Positions 28,975 through 37,206 of a stretch of 62,310 nt of DNA are shown here, one piece after another; position 1 is the stretch's first letter; each line of letters begins with the position of its first letter. This DNA comes from a bacterium (GTDB lineage: Bacteria; Eisenbacteria; RBG-16-71-46): assembly GCA_043779265.1 (NCBI GenBank), contig JAYWEM010000128.1, forward strand, positions 1 through 62,310, in the 5' to 3' direction. The notes beneath the pieces are model-generated. The model had not been told where the DNA came from and searched no databases. It worked only from the letters and a program-made list of their open reading frames with translations. A program made the translations under genes and the position numbers.

Positions 28975-30375
28975 GTGTCCTCTGTTCCGAAAGTGCTGCA
29001 GGGTCTCGACTACCGAGAGACCATCCTCGACACGGTGGGCCACACGCCGCTGGTCCGCCTGCACAAGGTCGCGGCGGACAGCCGCTGCCCCGTTCTCGCC
29101 AAGGTCGAGTCGTTCAATCCAGGTGGCAGCGTCAAGGACCGCATCGGGCTGTCGATGGTCGAGGCGATGGAGCGCGAGGGCCGGCTCCAGCCGGGCGGCA
29201 CGATCGTCGAGTGCACATCGGGCAACACGGGCCTCGGGTTGGCCATGGTGGCGTGCATCCGCGGCTACAAGGCCGCCTTCTGCATGCCCGACAAGGTCTC
29301 GAGCGAGAAGGTCTATCTGCTCAAGGCCTTCGGCGCCGAGGTGTTCCTCTCGCCGACCGCCGTCGAGCCCGAGCACCCGGAGTCGTACTACTCGGTCGCC
29401 AAGCGCCTCTCGAGCGAGCGGCCGGGCGCGGTGCTCATGAACCAGTATCACAACCTGAACAACCCGGAGGCCCACTACCGCACGACGGGCCCCGAGCTCT
29501 GGGAGCAGACCAAGGGCCGCATCACGCACTTCATCGCGGGCATGGGCACGGGCGGCACGATCAGCGGCACCGGGCGCTACCTCAAGGAGAAGAACCCGGC
29601 GATCCAGATCATCGGCGCCGACCCCGTCGGCTCGATCCTCAAGCACTACAAGGAGACCGGCGAGCTGAGCGAGGCCCACACCTACAAGATCGAGGGTGTG
29701 GGAGAGGACTTCATCCCGAGCGCGACCGACTTCTCGGTCGTGGACCGCGTGATCAGCTGCAATGACCGCGACGGGCTCAACATGGCGAGGCGCCTGGCAC
29801 GCGAAGACGCGATCTTCGTCGGCGGTTCGGCTGGGATGGCGGCCTGGGTGGCGCTGGAGGTGGCCAAGACGGGCAAGCCCGAGGATATCGTCGTCGTGCT
29901 CCTGCCGGACACGGGCGAGCGCTACCTGACCAAGGTGCACAACGACGAGTGGATGCGCGACAACCACCTGCTCGATCCCGCGATGACGCGTGCCGGTTCG
30001 ATCGCGTCCGCCAAGGACGTGCGCGTCCGGACGCTCCACTCGGTGCAGTCCGGGGAGCCGCTGCGCCGCGCGCTCGCGCTGATCGAGGAACACGACGTCT
30101 CGCAGCTGCCGGTCATGAAGGGCGGCGAGGTCGTGGGCACGCTCGAGGAGGGCGAAGTGCTGCGCGTCGCCCTCGCCGATGCGGGCTCGCTCGACCGGCC
30201 GGTCGACGCGATCATGGCGGCACCGCTGCCGGTGGTGGCCTCGGATGAGTCGGCTGACATCGTGGCCAAGCTGCTCACCGCGAAGCACGCGGCGGTGCTG
30301 GTGCGCGATCATGGCGTCATCTCGGGCATCCTGACCCGATTCGACATGCTGCAGTTCATCGCGGGAGGCCGGTGA
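28975..30375 (+). CDS. Cystathionine beta-synthase (PLP domain + CBS domains)
   Basis: NPGGSVKDR, TSGNTG, GMGTGGT, YKIEGVGEDF, PDTGERYL; C-terminal CBS pair. Confidence 0.9.
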   Translation: MSSVPKVLQGLDYRETILDTVGHTPLVRLHKVAADSRCPVLAKVESFNPGGSVKDRIGLSMVEAMEREGRLQPGGTIVECTSGNTGLGLAMVACIRGYKAAFCMPDKVSSEKVYLLKAFGAEVFLSPTAVEPEHPESYYSVAKRLSSERPGAVLMNQYHNLNNPEAHYRTTGPELWEQTKGRITHFIAGMGTGGTISGTGRYLKEKNPAIQIIGADPVGSILKHYKETGELSEAHTYKIEGVGEDFIPSATDFSVVDRVISCNDRDGLNMARRLAREDAIFVGGSAGMAAWVALEVAKTGKPEDIVVVLLPDTGERYLTKVHNDEWMRDNHLLDPAMTRAGSIASAKDVRVRTLHSVQSGEPLRRALALIEEHDVSQLPVMKGGEVVGTLEEGEVLRVALADAGSLDRPVDAIMAAPLPVVASDESADIVAKLLTAKHAAVLVRDHGVISGILTRFDMLQFIAGGR

Positions 30376-31547
30376 TGGCCCAGAAGCCGCTTCGAGACGA
30401 CGCCGGATTCAGCACGCTGGCCGTTCACGCCGGGCAGTCGCCCGACCCCACGACGGGTGCCGTGATGGTGCCCATCTACCAGACGTCGACCTACGCGCAG
30501 GAGTCGCTCGGGAATCACAAGGGCTACGAGTACGCGCGCACGCACAACGAGACGCGGGCGTCGCTGGAGCGCAACCTCGCGGCGCTCGAGGGCGGCACGC
30601 ATGGCCTGTCGTTCGGTTCGGGTCTCGCGGCGACGAACGCGCTGATCCAGACGCTCTCGGCGGGCGATCACGTCGTCTGCGGCCGCAACACCTACGGCGG
30701 CACGTACCGCCTGTTCGAGAAGGTGTGGAAGCGGCACGGGCTGTCGTTCAGCTTCGTTGATGCCTCGGATCCCGATGCGGTCGAGCAGGCGTTCACGCCG
30801 ACCACGCGCGTCGTCTGGATCGAGACGCCCACCAATCCCCTGATGGAGCTGGCGGACATCGCCGAGCTGTCGGCACGCGCCCACCGCGCGGAGGCGAAGG
30901 TGGTCGTCGACAACACGTTCATGACGCCCTACTTCCAGCGCCCGCTCGCACTGGGCGCCGATGTCGTGATGCACTCGGTGACCAAGTACTTGAATGGCCA
31001 CAGCGACATGATCGGCGGTGCGCTCATCACATCGGACGAGAAGCTGGCCGCAGAGCTGCGCTTCCTGCAGAACGCCGCTGGCGCCGTGCCCGGGCCCATG
31101 GACTGCTGGCTCTGCCTGCGCGGCACCAAGACACTCGCCGTCCGCATGAAGCAGCATGATGCGAATGCGCGCGAGCTGGCCGCCCTGCTCGAGTCCCACG
31201 CCAACGTGAACCAGGTGTTCTATCCCGGGCTCGCCTCGCATCCGCAGCATGCGCTCGCCAAGCGTCAGGCATCCGGGTTCGGTGGCATGCTGTCGTTCAT
31301 CCCGGGCGATGGATCCCTGGCGGCGGGTGAGAAGGTGTTCAACGCGTTCCGTCTCTTCACGCGCGCGGAGAGTCTGGGCGGGGTCGAGAGCCTGGTCTGT
31401 CATCCGGCGTCGATGACGCACGCTTCGGTTCCGAGGGAGTCCCGCCTCGCGATGGGCTTCACGGACGGCCTGCTTCGACTGTCCGTCGGAATCGAGGATT
31501 GTGCGGACCTGGCGGCCGACCTGACGCAGGCGCTTGCCGCTCTGTGA
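30375..31547 (+). CDS. Cystathionine gamma-lyase/gamma-synthase
   Basis: PIYQTSTY, YEYAR, ETPTNP, VDNTF, SVTKYLNGHSD, AESLGGVESL; coupled to the CBS gene. Confidence 0.9.
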   Translation: MAQKPLRDDAGFSTLAVHAGQSPDPTTGAVMVPIYQTSTYAQESLGNHKGYEYARTHNETRASLERNLAALEGGTHGLSFGSGLAATNALIQTLSAGDHVVCGRNTYGGTYRLFEKVWKRHGLSFSFVDASDPDAVEQAFTPTTRVVWIETPTNPLMELADIAELSARAHRAEAKVVVDNTFMTPYFQRPLALGADVVMHSVTKYLNGHSDMIGGALITSDEKLAAELRFLQNAAGAVPGPMDCWLCLRGTKTLAVRMKQHDANARELAALLESHANVNQVFYPGLASHPQHALAKRQASGFGGMLSFIPGDGSLAAGEKVFNAFRLFTRAESLGGVESLVCHPASMTHASVPRESRLAMGFTDGLLRLSVGIEDCADLAADLTQALAAL

Positions 31548-31599
31548 CCTAGTGCCCTCTGCCGAGACCGGTTTCCCATTAGTGAACCGAGGAATCGGC

Positions 31600-31628
31600 T
31601 TGACACAGGCGGGAGTGGGACCTACGTT
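31600..31628 (+). promoter_or_regulatory. Putative sigma70 promoter
   Basis: TTGACA-N17-TACGTT; preceded by inverted repeat CGGTT-N11-AACCG (31569..31589). Confidence 0.6.
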
Positions 31629-31634
31629 CCGCGG

Positions 31635-31830
31635 CGCTTTATGGGACGCGTGCACCTTGCCAGGTCCAGCGCGCGTCGGCTGCTGATCCAACCGCATATC
31701 GCGCACGGACGCTGCTGCTCGACACCGGTGACTTCGCGACTGGTGTCTTATTCATGAGTCCCGGTACATTTTCGCGAAATCAATAACCGCCGCCGGTCAT
31801 TCCGGCGCGGGACCGACTAAGGAGGTGAAG
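31635..31830 (+). other. Long structured 5' leader or possible small RNA
   Basis: Hairpins at 31645..31677, 31721..31747 (followed by TTATT) and 31791..31807; palindrome TTTCGCGAAA 31770..31779; no known family recognised. Confidence 0.35.
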
Positions 31831-32028
31831 ATGAACACGATGCGCAAGTTCTTCGCACTGTCTATGATCGCCCTGCTCGCCGCGTTCGCCGTGGTGGGTT
31901 GCGCCCCCAAGGCGGCCGAGGAGACCCCGGCTGCGACAGAAACGGCTCCGATGGACCACTCCACGGACGTCATGGCGACGGATACCACCGCCATGGGAAC
32001 GACGGACTCGACGGCTTCCGGCCACTGA
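31831..32028 (+). CDS. Small acidic Ala/Thr-rich lipoprotein
   Basis: Perfect AAGGAGGT SD; lipobox VVGC; own promoter and terminator. Confidence 0.75.
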   Translation: MNTMRKFFALSMIALLAAFAVVGCAPKAAEETPAATETAPMDHSTDVMATDTTAMGTTDSTASGH

Positions 32029-32054
32029 GCTCGTTCTTCCAGCAGTAGGACCCA

Positions 32055-32093
32055 CGAGGGAGGCGCGTGATTCGCGCCTCCCTCGCGTCTTTT
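32055..32093 (+). terminator. Rho-independent terminator
   Basis: 13-bp stem CGAGGGAGGCGCG/CGCGCCTCCCTCG followed by CGTCTTTT. Confidence 0.75.
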
Positions 32094-32160
32094 GTGGCCG
32101 CTCGAGGCCCCCTGGGGCCCCTTCCCCCGACCGTTCATCGGCCCGGGGCGACCATCCGCC

Positions 32161-32186
32161 GCAACTCTCAGCCGTGTTCTCCCGTA
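32161..32186 (+). promoter_or_regulatory. Putative ECF sigma promoter GCAAC-N17-CGTA
   Basis: GCAAC tctcagccgtgttctcc CGTA, 31 nt upstream of the second DUF4097 gene; matches the motif at 1236..1261. Confidence 0.6.
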
Positions 32187-32217
32187 GCACTGAGTGAACC
32201 TGTGGGAGGAACCCGAC

Positions 32218-33291
32218 GTGAGACAGCCCATCTTGATCTTCCTGGCGATGACCGCAGCTGGTCCCGCCTTCGCCGACCTGCCTCAGCCGCTGACCGAGAC
32301 CAGCCATCAAGTGCTCGATGTCCGCGGGCTGCGATCGCTGCAGGTGGACAACGCACGGGGCCTGATCCGCGTGCGCGAGAGCCGCGACGGACGCCTGCAC
32401 CTGACCGCTTACCGGATCTGCCGCGGCAAGGATGCTGCCCAGGCACGCGCCTATGCTGCGGAGACCGGAGTGAAGTCGGTCCGCGAGGGCGCTCAGCACG
32501 TCGTGGTGGTCAGCTATCCGAATCGCACCCGAGTCGAGATCGACTGGTGGGAGCTGCTGAAGGGCGGCGACATCAGCGAGCTGTCGAAGCCGCTCGCCGA
32601 GGTCCGGCTGGTGATCGAGGTTCCGCGTGACATCCAATTGGACCTGCGCAGCTCCAGCGGCGAGATCGACGTCCAGGGTCGGTTCGCCCCCCTCGTTGCA
32701 CGTTCCTCGAGTGGCGACGTCCAGTTCCGCGGTGGCGACGCCCGGATCCAGACCTCGAGCGGCGATGTGAGTGTGCTCGCGGCACGGCGCGTCAGCGTCA
32801 CGACGGCGAGCGGGGATTGCGAGGCGGACTCGCTGGCGGGGCCCTTCTCATTCCAGTCCTCGAGCGGGGATCTCGTGCTCGGCAGCGCCTCGGATTCCGT
32901 GCGCGTGCGAACCCAGAGCGGCGACGTCGCGATCCGCAGCGCGCTGCGCGGTCTCGACGGCGAGTCCTCGAGCGGCGAGTTCCAGGTCGCTTCGGCAGGG
33001 GGACGCGTGCGTGTGACGACCGCCAGTGGCACGCTGCAGCTTCGGGCCATCGCCCCGTTCTCGACCCTCGATGCCACGACCAGTAGTGGAGACCTGACTC
33101 TGCGCCTCGCGCCGGGCACGGGTGCTCGTCTCGACGTCACCACGAGCAGTGGCGACATCGAGTGCAACATCCCCATCACACTGGAGCAGAGCGACCGGCG
33201 ACGCATCACCGGTCGGATCGGCTCCGGCGGCCCGCCCATCAGGCTCTCCTCGGCCTCGGGCGGTATCGTCGTCATGACCGGAGGAAGATGA
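32218..33291 (+). CDS. DUF4097 family beta-strand repeat protein, exported
   Basis: GGAGGA RBS, GTG start, signal peptide, many SSGD/TASGD repeats. Confidence 0.8.
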   Translation: MRQPILIFLAMTAAGPAFADLPQPLTETSHQVLDVRGLRSLQVDNARGLIRVRESRDGRLHLTAYRICRGKDAAQARAYAAETGVKSVREGAQHVVVVSYPNRTRVEIDWWELLKGGDISELSKPLAEVRLVIEVPRDIQLDLRSSSGEIDVQGRFAPLVARSSSGDVQFRGGDARIQTSSGDVSVLAARRVSVTTASGDCEADSLAGPFSFQSSSGDLVLGSASDSVRVRTQSGDVAIRSALRGLDGESSSGEFQVASAGGRVRVTTASGTLQLRAIAPFSTLDATTSSGDLTLRLAPGTGARLDVTTSSGDIECNIPITLEQSDRRRITGRIGSGGPPIRLSSASGGIVVMTGGR

Positions 33292-34589
33292 CCATGCGCT
33301 CCCCACTGACCCCCATCGTGCTGCTGGCTGGGATCGCGCTCTCTGCGTGGGCGCCTGCTCTGCAGGCACAGCCGATGACCTTCCGGCCGGTGGCGAGGGA
33401 GAGTGTCGCCTTCGAGTCGCGCGAGAATGCTGGCGAGGTCCGCGAGATGCGCCGCGGTGTCCGAGAAGCGATCCGTGACGCCTCCCGCGAGGGCCGTGTC
33501 GAGGTGACCACGGATACGACCGGGGACGGCGTCCGCATCACGATCGACGCTCCGATCGCTCCTGCTGCGCCGGCGCCGCCCCTGACCCTCTCCACGACGG
33601 GCGAGATCATCCGCTTCGGGCAGGACATCCACGTCGACGCCGGTCAGACCGTCCAGGGGGATGTCGTCGCCATGGGTGGCGATGTCACGATCGAGGGCAC
33701 CGTCCGCGGCAATGTCACGGCCATGGGCGGCGATGTGCATCTGCTGCCGGGTGCTCGCGTCGAGGACGATGTGGTCTGTCTCGGCGGAACCTTGCACGAG
33801 GAACCGGGTGCCTCGGTCGGCGGGCAGCGCGTCACGGCGCCTCGCTCGCGAGGAGCCCACTTCATGTTGCCGGTGCTCGGCGCCATCGGTGCGGGCTTCG
33901 AGATCATGGGATTGATCATCGGTGCACTGGTCCTGCTTGGCCTCTCGTGGCTCGTGGTCAAGCTCGCGCCCGGCCGCACGCAGAGGGCCATCGACACGAT
34001 CGACCGCGACGGTGGCGCCGCGTTCATGGTCGGGCTGCTCGTGTGGGCGCTCATCATCCCGTCCGTGATCGTGCTCGCGATCGCCATGGTCCTGCTGTGC
34101 ATCACGATCATCGGCATCCCGCTCGCCGCCGCCGTCGCGGTCGGCTACGTGGCCTTCTTCGTCGTGACCACGTTCTGGGGTTGCGTCGTGGGCTCGACGT
34201 TGATCGGAAGGCTCGTCCACGCGCGCTTCCGCGGCCCGGTCCCGTCCCTCGCCGTGGCGGTCATCTGGGGCGTGCTCTCGCTGCAGGGACTGCGCATCGG
34301 CGCCGAGCTGTTCAATGTCATCCCGTTCTTCGGGTTCGTCGGCGGCCTGGTCAAGGTCGTGTACATGCTGGTCTCGCTCGTGCTCGTGACCCTCGGAGCA
34401 GGTGCACTCGTTCTCTCGGAGTACCGCAACCGGACGCTTCAGAACTGGTGGTCGCGGATCCGCCCCTCGACGCCGATGCGAAGTGCCACGGCCCCGCCTG
34501 CCTACGATCCGCCTCCGCCCGCCTACGATCCGACTCCGCCTCCTCCTTCGGCACCGTCGTCGCCGGGCGATCCACCCGCGGCGAGCTGA
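33288..34589 (+). CDS. Membrane protein with bactofilin-like (polymer-forming) beta-helix repeats and multi-TM C-terminus
   Basis: GDVVAMGGDVTIEGTVRGNVTAMGGDV repeats, about 5-6 TM segments, Pro-rich tail; ATGA overlap. Confidence 0.7.
   Translation: MTMRSPLTPIVLLAGIALSAWAPALQAQPMTFRPVARESVAFESRENAGEVREMRRGVREAIRDASREGRVEVTTDTTGDGVRITIDAPIAPAAPAPPLTLSTTGEIIRFGQDIHVDAGQTVQGDVVAMGGDVTIEGTVRGNVTAMGGDVHLLPGARVEDDVVCLGGTLHEEPGASVGGQRVTAPRSRGAHFMLPVLGAIGAGFEIMGLIIGALVLLGLSWLVVKLAPGRTQRAIDTIDRDGGAAFMVGLLVWALIIPSVIVLAIAMVLLCITIIGIPLAAAVAVGYVAFFVVTTFWGCVVGSTLIGRLVHARFRGPVPSLAVAVIWGVLSLQGLRIGAELFNVIPFFGFVGGLVKVVYMLVSLVLVTLGAGALVLSEYRNRTLQNWWSRIRPSTPMRSATAPPAYDPPPPAYDPTPPPPSAPSSPGDPPAAS
34500..34541 (+). 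repeat. 2 x 21-nt tandem repeat encoding AYDPPPP/AYDPTPP
   Basis: GCCTACGATCCGCCTCCGCCC / GCCTACGATCCGACTCCGCCT. Confidence 0.7.
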
Positions 34590-34599
34590 TCGAGGTCAC

Positions 34600-34637
34600 C
34601 GAGGGCCCGGCGTCTCCTACGAGGCGCCGGGCCCTCG
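34600..34637. terminator. 17-bp inverted repeat hairpin
   Basis: CGAGGGCCCGGCGTCTC-ctac-GAGGCGCCGGGCCCTCG (one G-U). Confidence 0.6.
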
Positions 34638-34712
34638 TGCTTGCGTGGCGCGCGTGCGGCGGGCAGAGTCCCGGCCGCTTGTGCGCGCGACGCTCCCGGA
34701 GACCATCCGCCC

Positions 34713-35240
34713 GTGAACAGCGACTCCCTGTTCTGGCTCTGCCTCCTGCTCTTCCTCGATGGGGCCACGATCTCGGTGGCGACCACGCCACTCCTGCTCG
34801 CCTGGGCGCCGCAGCATGCCCCCTGGCAAGTGGCCGTCTTCGGCGGCTTCGCGAGCGCCTTGGGGAATTGCGTCCAACTGACCCTGTTCCGCTGGATGCT
34901 GCGCGAGGATCGGCCGTGGATGCGTCGGTTCGTACCGCCGCGAGCAACCCTCGAGAAGGCGCTCGCCCGCTATCCCTCGGCCTCGTTCGCCGCGATCGCC
35001 ATCGCGCGCGCGACGCCGCTGCCGGATGCGCCGATCAAGCTGGTGGTCGCCTTCCTCGGCTATCCGATGTGGCGCTACTTCCTCGCGGTCCTGCTCGGCG
35101 CGCTGCCCTACTACTACCTGCTCGCCAAGCTGGGACATCACTTCCACGTGCCGATGCCGGTGATCGGTTTGCTGCTCGCGCTCGTGGTGATCGTGGCGGC
35201 CGTGGAGTTCGTGAGGGGTCGTGCCGCGCGAAGGGGATGA
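34713..35240 (+). CDS. VTT/DedA (SNARE-associated) domain membrane protein
   Basis: Hydrophobic; ASALGN, RATPLPDAPIKL, RYFLAVLLGALP pattern; start approximate. Confidence 0.7.
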   Translation: MNSDSLFWLCLLLFLDGATISVATTPLLLAWAPQHAPWQVAVFGGFASALGNCVQLTLFRWMLREDRPWMRRFVPPRATLEKALARYPSASFAAIAIARATPLPDAPIKLVVAFLGYPMWRYFLAVLLGALPYYYLLAKLGHHFHVPMPVIGLLLALVVIVAAVEFVRGRAARRG

Positions 35241-37206
35241 TCCGGCCCGCGCCATCGGCGTCGACACGGGCGGCACGTTCACCGACCTGGTGATCGATGG
35301 CCCTTCGGGCCGGCGGGCGCTCAAGGTGCTCTCCACGCCTCGCCAGCCGGCGCACGCTGTGATCGAGGGGCTCCGCTTGGCCGGCGCAGGGCGAACCACG
35401 CGCGTGCATCATGGCTCGACCGTGGCGACCAATGCGCTTCTCGAGCGCAAGGGAGCGCGTGTGACCTTCGTCACGACGAGCGGGGTGGAGGATGTGCTCG
35501 AAATCGGGCGGCAGCAACGCCCCGACCTTCACGCGCTGGTGCCCACGCGCCCCGAGCCGCTCGTTCCGGCTTCAAGGCGGATCGGCGTCGCCGAACGCGT
35601 GGAGGCGGGTGGCGCGGTGCGCAGGCTGCTGAGCGAGCGCGAGATCCGACGCGTCGTCCGGGAGGTGCGCGCGACCAGCCCCGAGGCGATCGCGATCGGG
35701 CTCCTGCATGCGTGGTCGCATCCCGCGCACGAGCAACGACTCGCCGAGGCCCTGCGGGCGCTCGGCGTGCCGATCTCGGTCTCGAGCCGGATCGCCCCGG
35801 AGATCCGCGAGTTCGAGCGCTTCGCCACCACCTGCGCCAACGCTTTCCTCGAGCCGCAAGTGCGGCGCTACCTCGAGATGCTGGCGGGCCAGCACTTCGG
35901 TCCGCTCGAAGTGGTGCTGTCGCACGGCGGAACCGCTCCCGCCTCGCGAGCGGCGGGCGAGCCGGTGCGGCAGTTGCTCTCGGGGCCCGCCGCGGGATTG
36001 CGCGCCGCGCTCTCGGCGGCGAGAGCCTGCGGCTTCGACTCGGCGCTGACACTCGATGTCGGAGGAACGAGCACGGATTGCGCGTTCCTGGGCGGCGAGG
36101 GCGCCGGATCGGACGGCCTGCCGCGCACAAGAGGTCGTGAGGTGGCCGGCATCCCGATCCTGCTGCCGACACTCGAGGTCCACACGGTCGGCGCGGGTGG
36201 AGGTTCGATCGCGCACGTGGATGACCAGGGCGTGCTGCACGTCGGGCCCGCGAGCGCGGGAGCCGACCCCGGTCCCGCCTGCTACGGGCGTGGAGGCCCC
36301 GCGACCGTGACGGATGCGCTCGCCGTGCTCGGCATGCTCCCGGCCACGGGACTGGCGGGCGGCGCGCTGCCGATCGATTTCGCGGCGGCGGAACAGGTGA
36401 TGCGACCGATCGCCCGGGCGCTCGGCATGCGTCGGCCGCGAGATGCGGCCGAGGCCATCCGGACGCTGGCCGACGCCCACATGGAGCGGGCGCTCCGCAA
36501 GGTCTCGGTCGAGCGGGGCGAGGATCCTCGCGCGGCGGCGCTCGTGGCCTTCGGTGGCGCAGGTGGCCTGCACGCCTGCGCGCTGGCCGAGTCGCTCGAT
36601 GTGCGCGCGATCGTGTGGCCGAGGCACGCGGGCGTGCTGTGTGCGCTCGGTGCGCTGGAGGGGGGCTCGAGGCGCGAGCGCAGCCAGGGCGTGTTGCTTC
36701 CTGCGAGCGAAGGCGCGGTGTTGGCCCGCGTGTTGGCGAGACTGCGGAAGGATGTGGCGGCGGAGTTCAAGGCGTCCGAACGATCCGGCGTTCGCATCGA
36801 GTGCTGGGCCGAGGCGCGCTATGCCGGGCAGGCGCACGAGCTCGCGCTGCCCGCGGAGCCGATCGCGAACCTCGGCGCGCGGTTCCATGCGCTGCACGAG
36901 AGGCGTTACGGATTCGCCGATCCGACTCGGCAGGTCGTCGTCGTGACCCTCGACGCCCGGGGGCATCGGCCGAGCGAGCGCGCCGAGGCGGTGCGCGCTC
37001 GACCCCGCCTCGACACGGGCGATGCGCGCAGGCGCGCCAAAGCGAGCGGAGGCGTCCACGACCGCGAGTCGCTCGCCGTCGGCAGCCGCATCGTCGGCCC
37101 CGCCCTGCTCATCGATGAGGGAGCCAGTTGCGTGGTCGCCTCGGGATGGACCGCCGAACTGCACGCGAGCGGCGCCGCGCTCCTGACTCAGCGGAGGCGG
37201 CGATGA
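35221..37206 (+). CDS. Hydantoinase A / 5-oxoprolinase subunit
   Basis: GVDTGGTFTD, HGSTVATNALLE, LSGPAAG, DVGGTSTD, GAGGGSIA, GPACYGRGG, AFGGAGGLH. Confidence 0.9.
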   Translation: MPREGDDPARAIGVDTGGTFTDLVIDGPSGRRALKVLSTPRQPAHAVIEGLRLAGAGRTTRVHHGSTVATNALLERKGARVTFVTTSGVEDVLEIGRQQRPDLHALVPTRPEPLVPASRRIGVAERVEAGGAVRRLLSEREIRRVVREVRATSPEAIAIGLLHAWSHPAHEQRLAEALRALGVPISVSSRIAPEIREFERFATTCANAFLEPQVRRYLEMLAGQHFGPLEVVLSHGGTAPASRAAGEPVRQLLSGPAAGLRAALSAARACGFDSALTLDVGGTSTDCAFLGGEGAGSDGLPRTRGREVAGIPILLPTLEVHTVGAGGGSIAHVDDQGVLHVGPASAGADPGPACYGRGGPATVTDALAVLGMLPATGLAGGALPIDFAAAEQVMRPIARALGMRRPRDAAEAIRTLADAHMERALRKVSVERGEDPRAAALVAFGGAGGLHACALAESLDVRAIVWPRHAGVLCALGALEGGSRRERSQGVLLPASEGAVLARVLARLRKDVAAEFKASERSGVRIECWAEARYAGQAHELALPAEPIANLGARFHALHERRYGFADPTRQVVVVTLDARGHRPSERAEAVRARPRLDTGDARRRAKASGGVHDRESLAVGSRIVGPALLIDEGASCVVASGWTAELHASGAALLTQRRRR

